Shown here piece after piece: positions 12,904 through 24,992 of a DNA stretch of 64,000 nt (position 1 is its first letter; each line of letters begins with the position of its first letter). The notes beneath the pieces were generated by a model, which was not told where the DNA came from, did no database searches, and saw only the letters and a list, made by a program, of their open reading frames with translations. Source of the stretch: Eledone cirrhosa (taxonomy: Eukaryota); NCBI GenBank assembly GCA_964016885.1, contig OZ024742.1, forward strand, positions 21,886,001 to 21,950,000, in the 5' to 3' direction. Position numbers and translations under genes: made by a program.

Positions 12904-13249
12904 GGTGAGATAGAGGTATGACCTACTCCAATCAACTGAAAATGATTCCATATATTGCAGAGGTTCTTGACAATATATATTGATTTTTTAATAAAGTAGC
13001 AAGCTAATGTTTTTGGTATGCAGTGTAAGATTTGAGTAGCCAACTTTTACTGTGAGATACACCAAGATATGTGGACGATAACCTTTGCAAAAGTTAAATG
13101 AAAATCATAAAATTTTGAAACCACTGAAATTATTGTAAATAAATCTCTCTTAAAGACTCCAGACGTATTTTTAACTCCTCTTCTTTTTTCCTATTTCTTT
13201 ACCCCGTGTAGGATATAAAAAAGCCTTACTTTCTGACACACACACATAC

Positions 13250-13344
<95 letters not shown>

Positions 13345-13345
<1 letters not shown>

Positions 13346-13537
13346 TAAATGTTCAGGACCCCGACAGCAGAGCTCAAGCCGTTTCGACTAGCTATTCAGT
13401 TCAGAAATGGCCGTCGAAACGCTTGAGCTCTGCCGTCGGGATCCTGAACCTTTTACTATTACCCACTCTACTACCCAAAGTATCAAGTACTCTGGTGCGT
13501 TATGGTCTACCTGGTTCCTTACCACACTTCCTTCGTC
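13345..13537 (+). mobile_element. Family P copy
   Basis: Palindrome + tail matching 7959-8155, between (GA)n and (TA)n. Confidence 0.8.
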
Positions 13538-13747
13538 ATATATATATATATATACACGTTTGTGTGTATATGTATTTATATCTATAAATGTATATATGTA
13601 AGGGAGTGTTGTAGTTTGCTTGAAGTAATGTGCGTTAAGTATAAGAAGGTAAGCAATTCAAAGCTACGACAATGCAAAATGTGTGTTACGATATAATATA
13701 AATGAAGGTAAGAAAGCTGCTCTGTTTTACCTATTTTCCAAGGTTTT

Positions 13748-13800
13748 TTACTTCTGATGAAGAGATTTTTCTCGAAAATTAAGGTCGTATTTGAATAAAA
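13748..13800 (+). ncRNA. Degenerate hammerhead-like motif
   Basis: CTGATGA-A-GAGA-TTTT-TCTC-GAAA-ATTAAG-GTC then AATAAA; stems I and III poor. Confidence 0.35.
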
Positions 13801-13911
13801 ATAAATAAAAAGAGCTCTGTTGCCTTTTATTTTAAATCGTTCCACATCTTTTGCATTTTTGCAGCCCTCGAATTACATATCTTCTTATATATATGTGTTT
13901 CTATGTGTGTT

Positions 13912-13984
<73 letters not shown>

Positions 13985-14773
13985 ATAGATAGAAATAGAT
14001 AGATTATATGGATATATATACCCACTCGTCTCAAGTTCAAGCTCAATTTGGTCTGTTACACGTATCTCAGATGTATGTACATAATATACATATGTACACT
14101 TGTAGTCCATATATAAACCATATGCATTTACCACAGATTACTAAAATACTTAATTATCTATTGGAGAGATTGGCAGTTTGGGTCCTTATATTTAAAATCT
14201 GGCCTCGATCTATAACCTGCTTGGTATGTGGACTATATTTTAAGCCTGCTCAAGTCTATTATCAGCTTATGGGGGTACTTATTACTAGCTTATGGTATCT
14301 ACATTTTACAACTAGTCAAAACCTATTACCAGCTTAGGCAGAACTACATTTTACATCTGGTCTGATCTTATTACAAGCTTTACCTTGAATAAGATGAGAA
14401 TATTATAGAATTTATCGAGGAATAAAGGTTTTGCTTTCCAATTTCTAAAATACATTTAAGGCAATCAGAAATGACATGAAATCTAAAATTATTCATTGTA
14501 ATATTTTTCTGGTCTCTTCACTTCACAGGCACTATGTAAGTTCAGCCTTATTTCTAAAACAATCAACAATAAAATCATAAAGCCATAGATTACTTTAGCA
14601 ATAGCAGTGATTTATTTAATAATGATATTCCACCTTGACGTATTTACCTATATTTTCAATCCTCTTCAGTTAACTCGTCCATCATTATAGAATTTCATTG
14701 TTATAATACCATGAAATATTAACAGTTATAGCTATTTGTTTCGAAATCTAATCAGAGTTGGTATTGGCTAGCT

Positions 14774-14780
14774 TATAAAT
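14774..14780 (+). promoter_or_regulatory. TATA box upstream of pseudogene B exon 1
   Basis: TATAAAT 34 nt before ATG; same motif precedes gene C. Confidence 0.5.
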
Positions 14781-14813
14781 ACCTGACCACTTGGGAAATT
14801 CAAGAAACACAAG

Positions 14814-14868
14814 ATGCTTAGAACTGCTCTCGTGTTCTTCAGCTTTCTATTGATTTTTCAGGCTGAAG
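14814..14868 (+). pseudogene. Signal-peptide exon 1 of protease pseudogene B (splice donor apparently lost)
   Basis: MLRTALVFFSFLLIFQAE+G, 55 nt ending GAAG exactly like gene D exon 1, but followed by GAAATT instead of GT. Confidence 0.6.
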
Positions 14869-15126
14869 GAAATTGAAGGCGAAACCACGTATTAACGAAA
14901 TATAATCAACCAGTAATACCTACAAGTGTTGATATATCAACTAACACAAACGATCTGTCGATAACTCCACCAGTGCTCTTGATCTTTCATTTATATCTTA
15001 TTGTTTATTCTTCATTACACTGTAACGTTCAGACCGCTAGATGGCGATAACATACAACAAAGCTACTGTATCATACCACATACGAATTACCTTTAGGAAT
15101 ACTGTCGTATTATATATACCCTCTTC

Positions 15127-15321
15127 CAGACTTGCCAACCTCTAAAGATTCAAACGGGGAGTACCAGGAAAACAAGTGCCTCAAAACGGGGAGAAATGAG
15201 GCAAAATTGGGAAATTTTACATTATGAAAGCTCTACCCATTTTCACAAGAGAATATATCTCTCACCAACACCAAAGTGGGTAGGGGATCTCCCCGTCGGA
15301 CGGAGAGAGTTGACAGGTCTG
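15127..15321. mobile_element. MITE with ~16-bp imperfect TIRs and 6-bp TSD (ctcttc)
   Basis: CAGACTTGCCAACCTCT ... AGAGTTGACAGGTCTG; ctcttc immediately on both sides. Confidence 0.6.
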
Positions 15322-15577
15322 CTCTTCAGACAGTATTATACTAAGACTTACCGCTGCAACACAAAACCTTCAACAGGTCATATTTCTTTTTAAATAAATC
15401 TATACAAAGCTACAAATACATTCTTTCTTTAATAGCTTCAGCATCTGACAAATCAATTCGATAAAATTTATAAAGTTTCAACTTATATTTGTATTTTTGA
15501 GAAACATATGAGAGGGACTTGTGTACTAGATAATTCCAACATATAGCAAAAGACACTCACATTAATGTAACAAGTAA

Positions 15578-15764
15578 GGGCGGTGGATTGGCAGTATCGG
15601 TAGAGGGTCGGACGCCATGCTTTGACGCATAGAGTTACGGCTCTTGCCATTCTGAGTTCAAATCCCGCCGAGGTTAACTTTGCCTTTCATCCTTACGGGG
15701 TCGATAAAATAAAGTACCAGTAATACACTGGGTAATTGCTGGCCTTGTGCCAAAAGTAGAAACA
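15578..15764 (+). mobile_element. SINE family S with 17-bp TSD
   Basis: TSD attaatgtaacaagtaa at 15561-15577 and 15765-15781. Confidence 0.9.
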
Positions 15765-15887
15765 ATTAATGTAACAAGTAACCTGATGATTATTTATATA
15801 TAAATATATCAGCTTTACTTGGCTCATTCATATAGATATCTTCTAAATAACCATAAGTCAGTCATAGTATTTTCCAAACCCTAATTT

Positions 15888-15929
<42 letters not shown>

Positions 15930-15930
<1 letters not shown>

Positions 15931-16097
15931 AGTGTGGTCAGAAACCAGAGTACTCGATACTTTGGGTAGTAGAGTGGGTAATAGGAAAAGAGGCAGAACC
16001 CCGACGGCAGAGCTCAAGCCGTTTCGACAGCTATTTCAGTCCAGAAATAGCTGTCGCGAAACGGCTTGAGCTCTGCCGTCGTGGTTCTGACTCTTTT

Positions 16098-16100
<3 letters not shown>
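15930..16100 (-). mobile_element. Family P copy
   Basis: Reverse orientation, (TA)n both sides. Confidence 0.8.
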
Positions 16101-16175
<75 letters not shown>

Positions 16176-16205
16176 AAAGAATAGAAGTGTAACACACGAT
16201 TTATG

Positions 16206-16514
16206 ATATATTGGTAAACGGAAAAGAAAATGCTGACAAATTGTTCACAGTGAAAAATAGTTTAATTAGGAATAAGTGAAAATTAGTAATAGTATTGGTT
16301 AGTATTCAGTTTTGGTTTTTAGTTTTACCGGTTGCGGATTTCTAATTGTTTGCTCTAATTATTTTTGAAAAGCATTAGAAATGCGCAACCGGTAAAACTT
16401 AAAACCAAAACTGAATACTAACCAATACTATTACTAATTTTCACTTATTCCTAATTAAACTATTTTTCACTGTGAACAATTTGTCAGCATTTTCTTTTCC
16501 ATTTACCAATATAT
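16206..16514. repeat. Fold-back inverted repeat (~140-bp arms) between (TA)n tracts
   Basis: 16206-16346 is the reverse complement of 16374-16514. Confidence 0.85.
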
Positions 16515-16587
16515 ATATATATATATATAAATGGAATAGAATGAAACGAAATTTCATTTCTCACTCTTAGTACGGCACTTACTTAAA

Positions 16588-16859
16588 TGTAAGCATGTAT
16601 GTATGTATACGTACATACATATATGTATACAGACGTACAGTAGTATGTATATATATATACATACAGGCACACATATATATATGCACGTATCGGTTTACCG
16701 AACATTTATTATAATGCTCGGTGTGTTCGCTTATAATAAATGTTCGGTAAACCGATACGTGCATATATATATATGTGTGCATGTATGTATATATATATAC
16801 ATACTACTGTACATCTGTATACATATATGTATGTACGTATACATACATACATACATACT

Positions 16860-16863
<4 letters not shown>
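16588..16863. repeat. Fold-back inverted repeat (~125-bp arms, 16-nt spacer)
   Basis: ...gcacgtatcggtttaccgaacatttattataa / ttataataaatgttcggtaaaccgatacgtgc... Confidence 0.8.
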
Positions 16864-16906
<43 letters not shown>

Positions 16907-18321
16907 GTGTATATAATGGTAGCTATGGTGCTTCCATAGGCGGTATGCCAAAATTAGCACTCACTATTCATACAGAGCAGAGTGTGAATAGTATAAAAAA
17001 ACGAAAAATCAGTGATGCATCTGGACTCAGTTTATTGCGTGTTACAATTGTTTCGCCGGGAGGTAGCTCGAGACATGATCACTGTATGTATCTGGCTGAT
17101 TCTACGGCTGCAGGTTCCTTCCGACACAGGCAATTCGTTCGGAGCAAATTTTCTCACTCTATTTAAGATTTGTTTACCATAACTTGATGATCTTCCGCTT
17201 GGATTACCCATTACTCAAATACTTTTGGGTTCCAAACATTCGCGGCATTAATTTACTGTCTAATACAAGATTCCTGGAATCAGAATGTGCTGCTATGATG
17301 GAATACATCCTAGAATGGAAACATAACCACAAATAATAAATGCTATTAACCATTGATAGGAACCTCACAAGTATAACGCACCAAAATATACGCGAAGAGC
17401 GAGAGAAAGAAACAAAATAAAAGGAAGGGGGACAAAAAAAACGACCATTAATTCAATATTTTGAATCGGATTAGAAAGAGAGAAGAAATAAAAATTAAAA
17501 ACAAACCAACACGTGTTGCTCCCCACACGGATATACACACATATATGTGTGTATTTGACATACATATGTACGTGGGCATACATGTATGTGTATATATATG
17601 TATGTGGTATGCTAATATTATGCCATTCCTTGGCGCAAACATGCCCATTTACAGGCTTTTCCATCCCATTGAATGAGAGTCGTACAGAGCTGTTATACTA
17701 GTCGCGAATTATTAAACAGTATAGTTCGCCATACGTAACTGAACACGTGAAGCCCATAAAGATGTTGATCCTGACATCGATGAAGGAAATTTGCCTGCAT
17801 CAGATACCAACCCTCTTGAGTTGATGAATTTTTATCTTAAACATTTACCACGCTGCTTCATCACTTCTAACACATTATCAAATCCACTATACTCTATCCA
17901 TATCTACATTGATGATTGTACGCTTGGATTATCTGATTACCCAATAGTCAAACATTCCCGACATTAACTCACAGTTTAATCCATGATGCTGGGAAGCAGT
18001 ATGTGCTCTCATGATGGAATACATCCTAGAATGGAAATATAACCTCAAATAATAACTGCTAGGAACCTCACAAATTTAACGCACCGAAACATACGAGAAG
18101 AGCGAGAGGAAATAAATTAAAAAAATGGAAACTTAAAACAAAACAAAACAAAACCGACCACCAATTCACTGCCAAATAATTTGAATCGGATTAGACAGAG
18201 AGAAAGAAAAGATCAAAAAAAAAAAAAAAAAAAGAATATATTTATTTGCCGTTGTGCTGCCAAATGATGCCGAAAGCCACAGACCCGCATCTCCGGTCAA
18301 GAAGGTGACAGCAACAGGATA

Positions 18322-18510
18322 ATAACTGTTTCTACATTTGGCACAAGGCCAACAAATCAACAGTGCATTACTGGTACTTTATTTTATCGAGCCCGTAAGG
18401 ATGAAAGGCAAAGTTAACCTCGACGGGATTTGAACTCAGACCATAAAGGGACTTAACTATGCTGGAAAGCATGGCGTCCGACCCTCTACCGATACTGCCA
18501 ATCCACCGCA
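18322..18510 (-). mobile_element. SINE family S
   Basis: Reverse complement of family S; flanking repeat caggataataac. Confidence 0.85.
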
Positions 18511-18589
18511 GCAGGATAATAACATCGACCCCGCATCTTCGGTAAAAGAAGGCACTCGAGTCTCAGGCTACGGCCTGGCAGCCCGAACA

Positions 18590-20090
18590 GAAAGAAAGAG
18601 GGTGTCATACGCCCCATCGCTGTGGGCAATGTCTTCCGGAGGATGGCTGCCAAGGTGGTCTGCAGGTCCATAACACCCGAACTGTTCAGTCCGGTGCAAT
18701 TGGGTGTCGGGGTATCCGGTGGCTATGAGGGGCCCGCACATGCAACCAGGCAGTTCTTCAACAGCTTCCCACCGGAACCATCATCCAGAGACTCCAGGCA
18801 CCTCATTGTCAAGCTTGACATGAGGAATGTCTTCAACTGCTTGCGCCCTGACCATCTGCTCGATGTCTGCCTCAGCCGAGCCGCCTCTGCCTACCCGCTG
18901 GCCTACCTGTCGTATGGAGCCCCGAGCATGCTCCTGGCTGTTGATACGGTCATAACTTCGGCTACTGGGTTTCAACAGGGCGACTCTTTGGGGCCCCTCC
19001 TGTTTGCCCTTTGTATAGATCACATCGTCCGGAGTATCACGGGCCCTCTCAACGTTTGGTATCTGGATGATGCTATGTTGGGCGGGCCCGTACAGTCTGT
19101 CTGTCATGTCCTCCAACCGGTGGTTCCTGCCCTGGCGAGAATCGGCCTCCAGGTCAACTCGGCAAAGTCGGAGGTGGTGAATGTCAGCCACGATGCTGAG
19201 AGCTTTGCAGCCTCCGTCTCGGACGTGCGGTCCATCTCCACCAGGTACATGTGACCCCCAAAGAGGATGTCCTCATCCTCGAGTGACCGATCCACCCGCC
19301 AGCCATCCGCTCCACCAACAGGTCCAGACTTCAACAACCCCAGACTCTCATGAGCCGACTGGGCCTGATCGACGGCCACCCAGCTCTCTTTGTTGAGGAA
19401 CTGCTTCGCCTACACCCTCCACAGCGCTCCGTGCTACACCCACACATCTCTCCTCTCTGACCTCGATACTTGTATCCGAGCAGCAGCCGAGGAGATATGC
19501 AACGTCAAGTTTGACGACATTGGATTGCAACAGGCAACTTTACCTGTCAGGTATGGCGGCCTTGGCCTCCGGTCCCCGATCTCGCTGGCTTTGCCGGCGT
19601 ATCTTTCGTCGGTAACCTCGTGCCGCGTCCTCGTCAGCAGGGTTATTCAAAACACAATAGAACCCTCTATGTTCAGAGAACGTGAGGCCACCTGTGAGAC
19701 GTGGGACCGGCTGGGACTTAGCCAAGTAGACTCCCTCCTCATTCTCCCCCTGTTGACGTATTGTACCCCCAAAGCACTTGGGATGCCATCCAGTGCAGCC
19801 TGTCCTTAGACAGGCTCACGCGCCAGCTCGACCAGCACCGCCTTTCCTGCTTTCGAGCGGCCTCCAAACCCTACAGTGGTGCCTGGCTCCATGCCCTGCC
19901 CTCCTTCTCCGCTGGCACGCAGCTAGACAACAATAGCCTGCGCATTGGCGTTTCCTTGATGCTCGGCCTCCGGATCTGCGAACCACACCAATGTCGCTGC
20001 GGATCCACCGTGGACTCTTTCGGCTTCCACCCACTTTCCTGTCGCCATAGTGCCGGCCGCCTTCCACGCCATGCTGCCCTCAACAAAGTA
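18590..20090 (+). mobile_element. CRE-clade non-LTR retrotransposon fragment (RT + CCHC), frameshifted
   Basis: RPIAVGNVFRR, QLGVG, KLDMRNVFN, QQGDSLGPLLF, WYLDD, LPVRYGGLG, CRCG...HPLSC...RHAALN. Confidence 0.85.
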
Positions 20091-20460
20091 ATCAAATATA
20101 TTAAGTCTCAATATGGCATTTTAAATTGAATGTTATTTCAGACCAATGAGAGAATATGATTTTTACATACATAAATATTTAGCTAATTTTTATTTCTATA
20201 TTACCTTTGAATAATTCAATATTTCTGGCTTATTAACCATCAATTTTCTATTTATTGATAGTTTATTTTTTGTTTTGTTTCTATTTTCTTTTCTTTATTT
20301 ATTTGTTTCATCTGAACTTGTTCCAATGATATATTTCTGTCAACATTCTAAGAATAAATTTTCGCTGTAATTCATTTCAGAAGTAGATCTATATTAGTAT
20401 TATTATATTTTTAGAAAATAATATTGTTTTTATTAAATCAATAATAAATTAATTCTACAG

Positions 20461-20624
20461 GGACATTCTGTTGGTTCTTTGATGTAATAGCATGTATCTG
20501 ATCGACAGCCATTGGTTGTCGTTCGTGCAATATAATATGGCATCCACGACTGCAAAGTGGAATGGCAATTTATGAGAATGTAGTATATTTCCTACAACGG
20601 ATTGCTGAAATGCGTCAACTATAA
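20461..20624 (+). pseudogene. Last exon of protease pseudogene B (stops, frameshift, catalytic motif eroded)
   Basis: After ctacAG: GHSVGSLM**HVSDRQPLVVVRAI*YGIHDCK/GMAIYENVVYFLQRIAEMRQL*, colinear with last exons of genes A and C. Confidence 0.8.
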
Positions 20625-20915
20625 AGAGAACGTATGCTATCAAACAGGCTGGTGATTCACTTCGGTGTATTATGAAACAAATACTATGATCATAATACAC
20701 AACCGTATAACATAATCCATCTCGTATTTCTGTAAGATATTACTAAATTATATTATTTCATAAAGTAAATATCTTTTGTCTTTTCATTTTTTCACACATG
20801 CAATGCATATACTTAGTAATACGAGGGTCGATTGAAAGGATCATAGACTGACCAAGATACTCTCATGGAATAATAATACGTCATAATAATAATAATAATA
20901 ATACGTCATAATAAT

Positions 20916-22794
20916 GATTTCTTTATTAACCACAAGGGTTTACATAAAGTAGACATTAAGGACAGTGCAGGACAATGCAGGACGGTACAAATGGGCATTT
21001 CTGCGTGTAAAAAAACAAAAACAGAGGATGTAACAAAAATAACAATGAAAATAACAATGAAAAATTCCCCAATAGGGGGGAGACTTCGGAGGGACATTTG
21101 TGGAGAAAGCCCAGTAAAAAGCCACAATGACCCTGACCACCAAGGCAAGTGCCCTCTCCCAGTTTTCCACCTTTAGTTTACAGATATATACTCAGAGTCG
21201 GCCCATTCACTCGGGCCATTCTTGCTTCTCTCACCCATCTTTCAACAAAATGCTGGGAAGAGAGCACTTCCTTCTCTACTCTGATTTTCCTTTTCAAATG
21301 AAATTTGAAAAAGTCAATCAGAGCATCACCGAAGAGGTAAGTGCTCGTCTTCAGCCCTTTCAAACGTGTCCACCATACTATCTCTTTCGCCATGGCCACC
21401 AGACAGATAAAAACTGCCTGCCCTTCCCGGCTAAAGGAGGAGGGCGGGGCAATCCTCACGATAGACTCAGATGATAGCTGGATCCGTCCTAAACGCGACA
21501 GCAGGTGTTCGACATAAACCCACAAGTCAGCAATTTTCGGACACTGGACGAGTGCGTGCAGGACGGTTTCGTCGCCCTGCGCGCATCTCGGACATGTCCG
21601 GCTGACGGCACCTCCATTGTAGAGTTTATCCCGAACTGGCAAGGCTCCTCGGTAGCACTGCCAGGCCAGAGATTTCTGGAAGTTGTCCATAGGCCCTGGC
21701 CCGAAAGTTCTTCCGAAGAGATTGGCTAGTTGATTTTCGTCGACGCCTAGAGTTTCCCCAAGTACGTCGTCGCTCTTCCCCTCCACTAATCCTCTATAGA
21801 ACGCCGAGGTGGAGTTTCCACCGATCACATTGCCCGATTGGTCGAGGGCTGTGAGCGCCTGAAGACATTCCAGTCTCCAGGCGCTCCCTCTCGGTCTTCG
21901 CTTGACCCAGGACTGCAGCTCCGTCAAGGAAACGAGCTGGGGAAAAACGCGTCTAGCAAACGGCGACCACACCTGATCACCGTCGAGGAAGAGGTGGAGA
22001 TGTCGTAGCCTGAGCGCGTGCCTGCGCATCATCAGCCACGGCATGCCCAGCCCTCCACGTAGCGGGTGTTGACAACAGATGGACCGCCTGACCATCGGAG
22101 CACGTCCCTTCCACAAAAAGCGAAAGAGCAAACGCTCCAGCGCAGTCAGGCGAGGCTTAGGACAAGGTACGACGGTTAGGCGGTAGCAGATGACAGACGC
22201 GATGTACGCGTTAGCCACCTCCGCTCGACCTTTCAGGGATAGCTTCCTCTCCGCCCATTTCTGGGTGAGAGAAGCCACCCTGCTCGTCACCTCGTCCCAG
22301 TTTTTGTCCGTCTGGAGGTCCGGACCGAACCAGACCCCTAGCAATTTAACCGGTCCGTCCGTCCAGCGCCCGACGACGCTGTTGGACGGCATGGACCTGC
22401 CTCTCCAGGTGCCGAGCTGCAGGCCCACTGACTTTTCCTGGTTGATCATTGCTCCTGTCACCGCTTCGTATTCTCTTAGTGTAGTGCCGATCGCCTCGAT
22501 GTGTTTGGCGTTCGACACCACTACGGTGACATCGTCCGCATATGCTGACACGGATCTTCCGCATCCTAGTTCGCGCGGGACTCCCCTCAACGTCTCCAGT
22601 TTGTGCAGTAATGGCTCGAGAGTCAATACGTACAAGAGGGACGAGAGGGGACATCCTTGGCGGACCGAGCGCATGATGTTGAACGGTTCCGACAGGTGAC
22701 CGTTCACTCTCACCACAGAGCAGATGTCGCTGTGCATGGCAGCGATCCAGCCTCTGAAGACGGGCCCAAAGCCAGCCGCCCTCAGGACTGCCGC
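20916..22794 (-). mobile_element. Young 5'-truncated Tx1/L1-clade LINE with 19-bp TSD
   Basis: Uninterrupted 519-aa ORF with VRQGCPLS, YADD, CPRC..ETVLHALVQC; AATAAA near 3' end; aataatacgtcataataat at 20897-20915 and 22795-22813. Confidence 0.9.
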
Positions 22795-23197
22795 AATAAT
22801 ACGTCATAATAATACGTCATATGTGGAGCGGGGAGAACAATTGCACGCAAAGACAAAACCACGTAAATGGTATAACTGAAGTCGTAGACAAAATTTCTAA
22901 CTAGGAAACCGAATGATTCTCGTCTTCAGAGTTAAGAAGAAAGTAAATAAAATACAGAGGTAATTGAAAGAAATACATACACGCATCCATATACGTACAT
23001 ATACAAGCATACGCAAAAACACTCGCCATAAGTATACAAATACAAGCACGTACACAAAAAAAACCCGCACGCACATACAGAATGCACGCAACGCATATAC
23101 CCGCACACATACGAATGTATACACCAAATACACATAAAAATATATATTTTAAAAAAAAATATATATATATATATGTGTGTGTGTATGTGTGTGTGTA

Positions 23198-23255
<58 letters not shown>

Positions 23256-23714
23256 AGTGTATATATATATATACTTTTATCGTCGAATTGAACCCTGCCA
23301 CTCCAATGTGGTTGATAATAGTAAGTGTGGTGCTGAAAGCTCCGAGAAGATCGAGAAATTACGAAGAAGACGATGGTGATGATGATGAAAGATATCTAAA
23401 CAATATAGATGATTTTGATGATTGTAATGGGAATGCTGATGCGGATGATGATTGTAAAGATAATGGAAGTGATCGAAGTCAATTAATTTATCCTTTCATG
23501 TCTGTGGCATATCTGAACATCAATGACAACTTTATCACCAGTAGATTCCATAACATCTACACTTTTTTATAGATTACATGATGAAAACGATGTTTCATCA
23601 TGTTTAATATACCATTGATATATGTATGTATGTATGTATATAAATATATGTGTATATTGTTAGTATATATATATTAAAATATAAGTATTAATAAATTAGA
23701 TGTTCTTTTGATCA

Positions 23715-23777
23715 ATTACATTTTATTATACATATTTAGGATGTACAACAGTACGTCCTCATCAGACAAAATATAAT
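23715..23777 (-). ncRNA. Type I hammerhead in PLE 3' region, G12 mutated to U
   Basis: ATTATATTTTGT-CTGATGA-GGACGTAC-TGTT-GTACATCC-TAAA-T-ATGT-A-TA-ATAAAATGTAAT. Confidence 0.75.
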
Positions 23778-24574
23778 TATACATGACATACCCTGAGATG
23801 TTAAATGGTTAAGATTTAATCAAGGTAGTGATTACCCGATAGAAAATTTTACTTATATAATATCTGAGTGAGAGTGCGAAAATGTAATGAATTCATTAGA
23901 GAGAGTGTGTGAGTAAGAAAAAACGTTACATACTTAAAGTGTTCTAAAATTTTAAATTGTATGATACTACAATATATCTAGGGAAACGTCTCATGAATCA
24001 TAACAGCCAGTGATAGCCACTGGAAAAAGATTTATAAGGAGGGAAAGATAAAGTGTGGGGGTGGGTTTCGAAAGTTAAACGGTTAGACTTTGAAAATATT
24101 TAATTTATAATATTAATGTGAAGACTCCAGATTTCGGGATTATTTGCTATTTATTTATATATTATTTATATAAATTCGATAAGTGTGTTATCATTTTTAA
24201 ACTTCTGAATTGTGAGAATAACATTTTAAAGGATTTAGCTGGCACGTAAAGAATGAAATATTATACTGTAAATCTAAACTTTAACAAATATCTCAACATA
24301 TTTGGTATGTAAAGCTTTTGAAGTACTTATTGTTATAAATATTTGAATAACTGTTATGTATATAGGTATATATTAATGAGTCAGTATGTAAAGGTAAATA
24401 ATACCGACGAAGATAAAAAATAAAATAAAATAATATGTTACGGATAAAATTTATACATATGTATAATTGGGTGTAAATGCACTAATTATTCATCAACCAA
24501 GATATCAACATATTATTAGATATAGGGATGTATATATATAGATATATATTAGGTATTATTAATGTAGTATACTT

Positions 24575-24697
24575 CCTTGCTATTCTGAGTTCAAATCCCG
24601 CCGAGGTTAACTTTGCCTTTCATCCTTACGGGGTCAATAAAATAAAGTACCAGTAATACACTGGGTAATTGCTGGCCTTGTGCTTAACGTAGAAACA
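24575..24697 (+). mobile_element. 5'-truncated SINE family S inserted in PLE 3' UTR
   Basis: TSD attaatgtagtatactt 24558-24574 / 24698-24714. Confidence 0.85.
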
Positions 24698-24961
24698 ATT
24701 AATGTAGTATACTTTAGGTAAATGATAACAGTTATACTCTTAACAACGTGTTACATTTAAATATATATATATATACATATAAGAAAAACGAGCAATGAGT
24801 TCATGTATAAAGTTCAAAATAATGTCTATAATAATTTTTAGTTGGATATTTTCTATATATTTGAATCATGTATATAGAAGTATGGTAGGTATATTTAAAA
24901 ATATTTTAAAATATATAAAATACAATATATAACTACATATATATTATAATACATTATATTA

Positions 24962-24992
<31 letters not shown>

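Noticed and set aside
20820-20870. Possible mariner-type terminal repeat (ta-cgagggtcgattgaaa)
   Set aside because: Matching opposite end not found
23288-23572. Acidic ORF loosely resembling the gene A tail
   Set aside because: GAT-rich low-complexity sequence; no convincing alignment or exon boundaries
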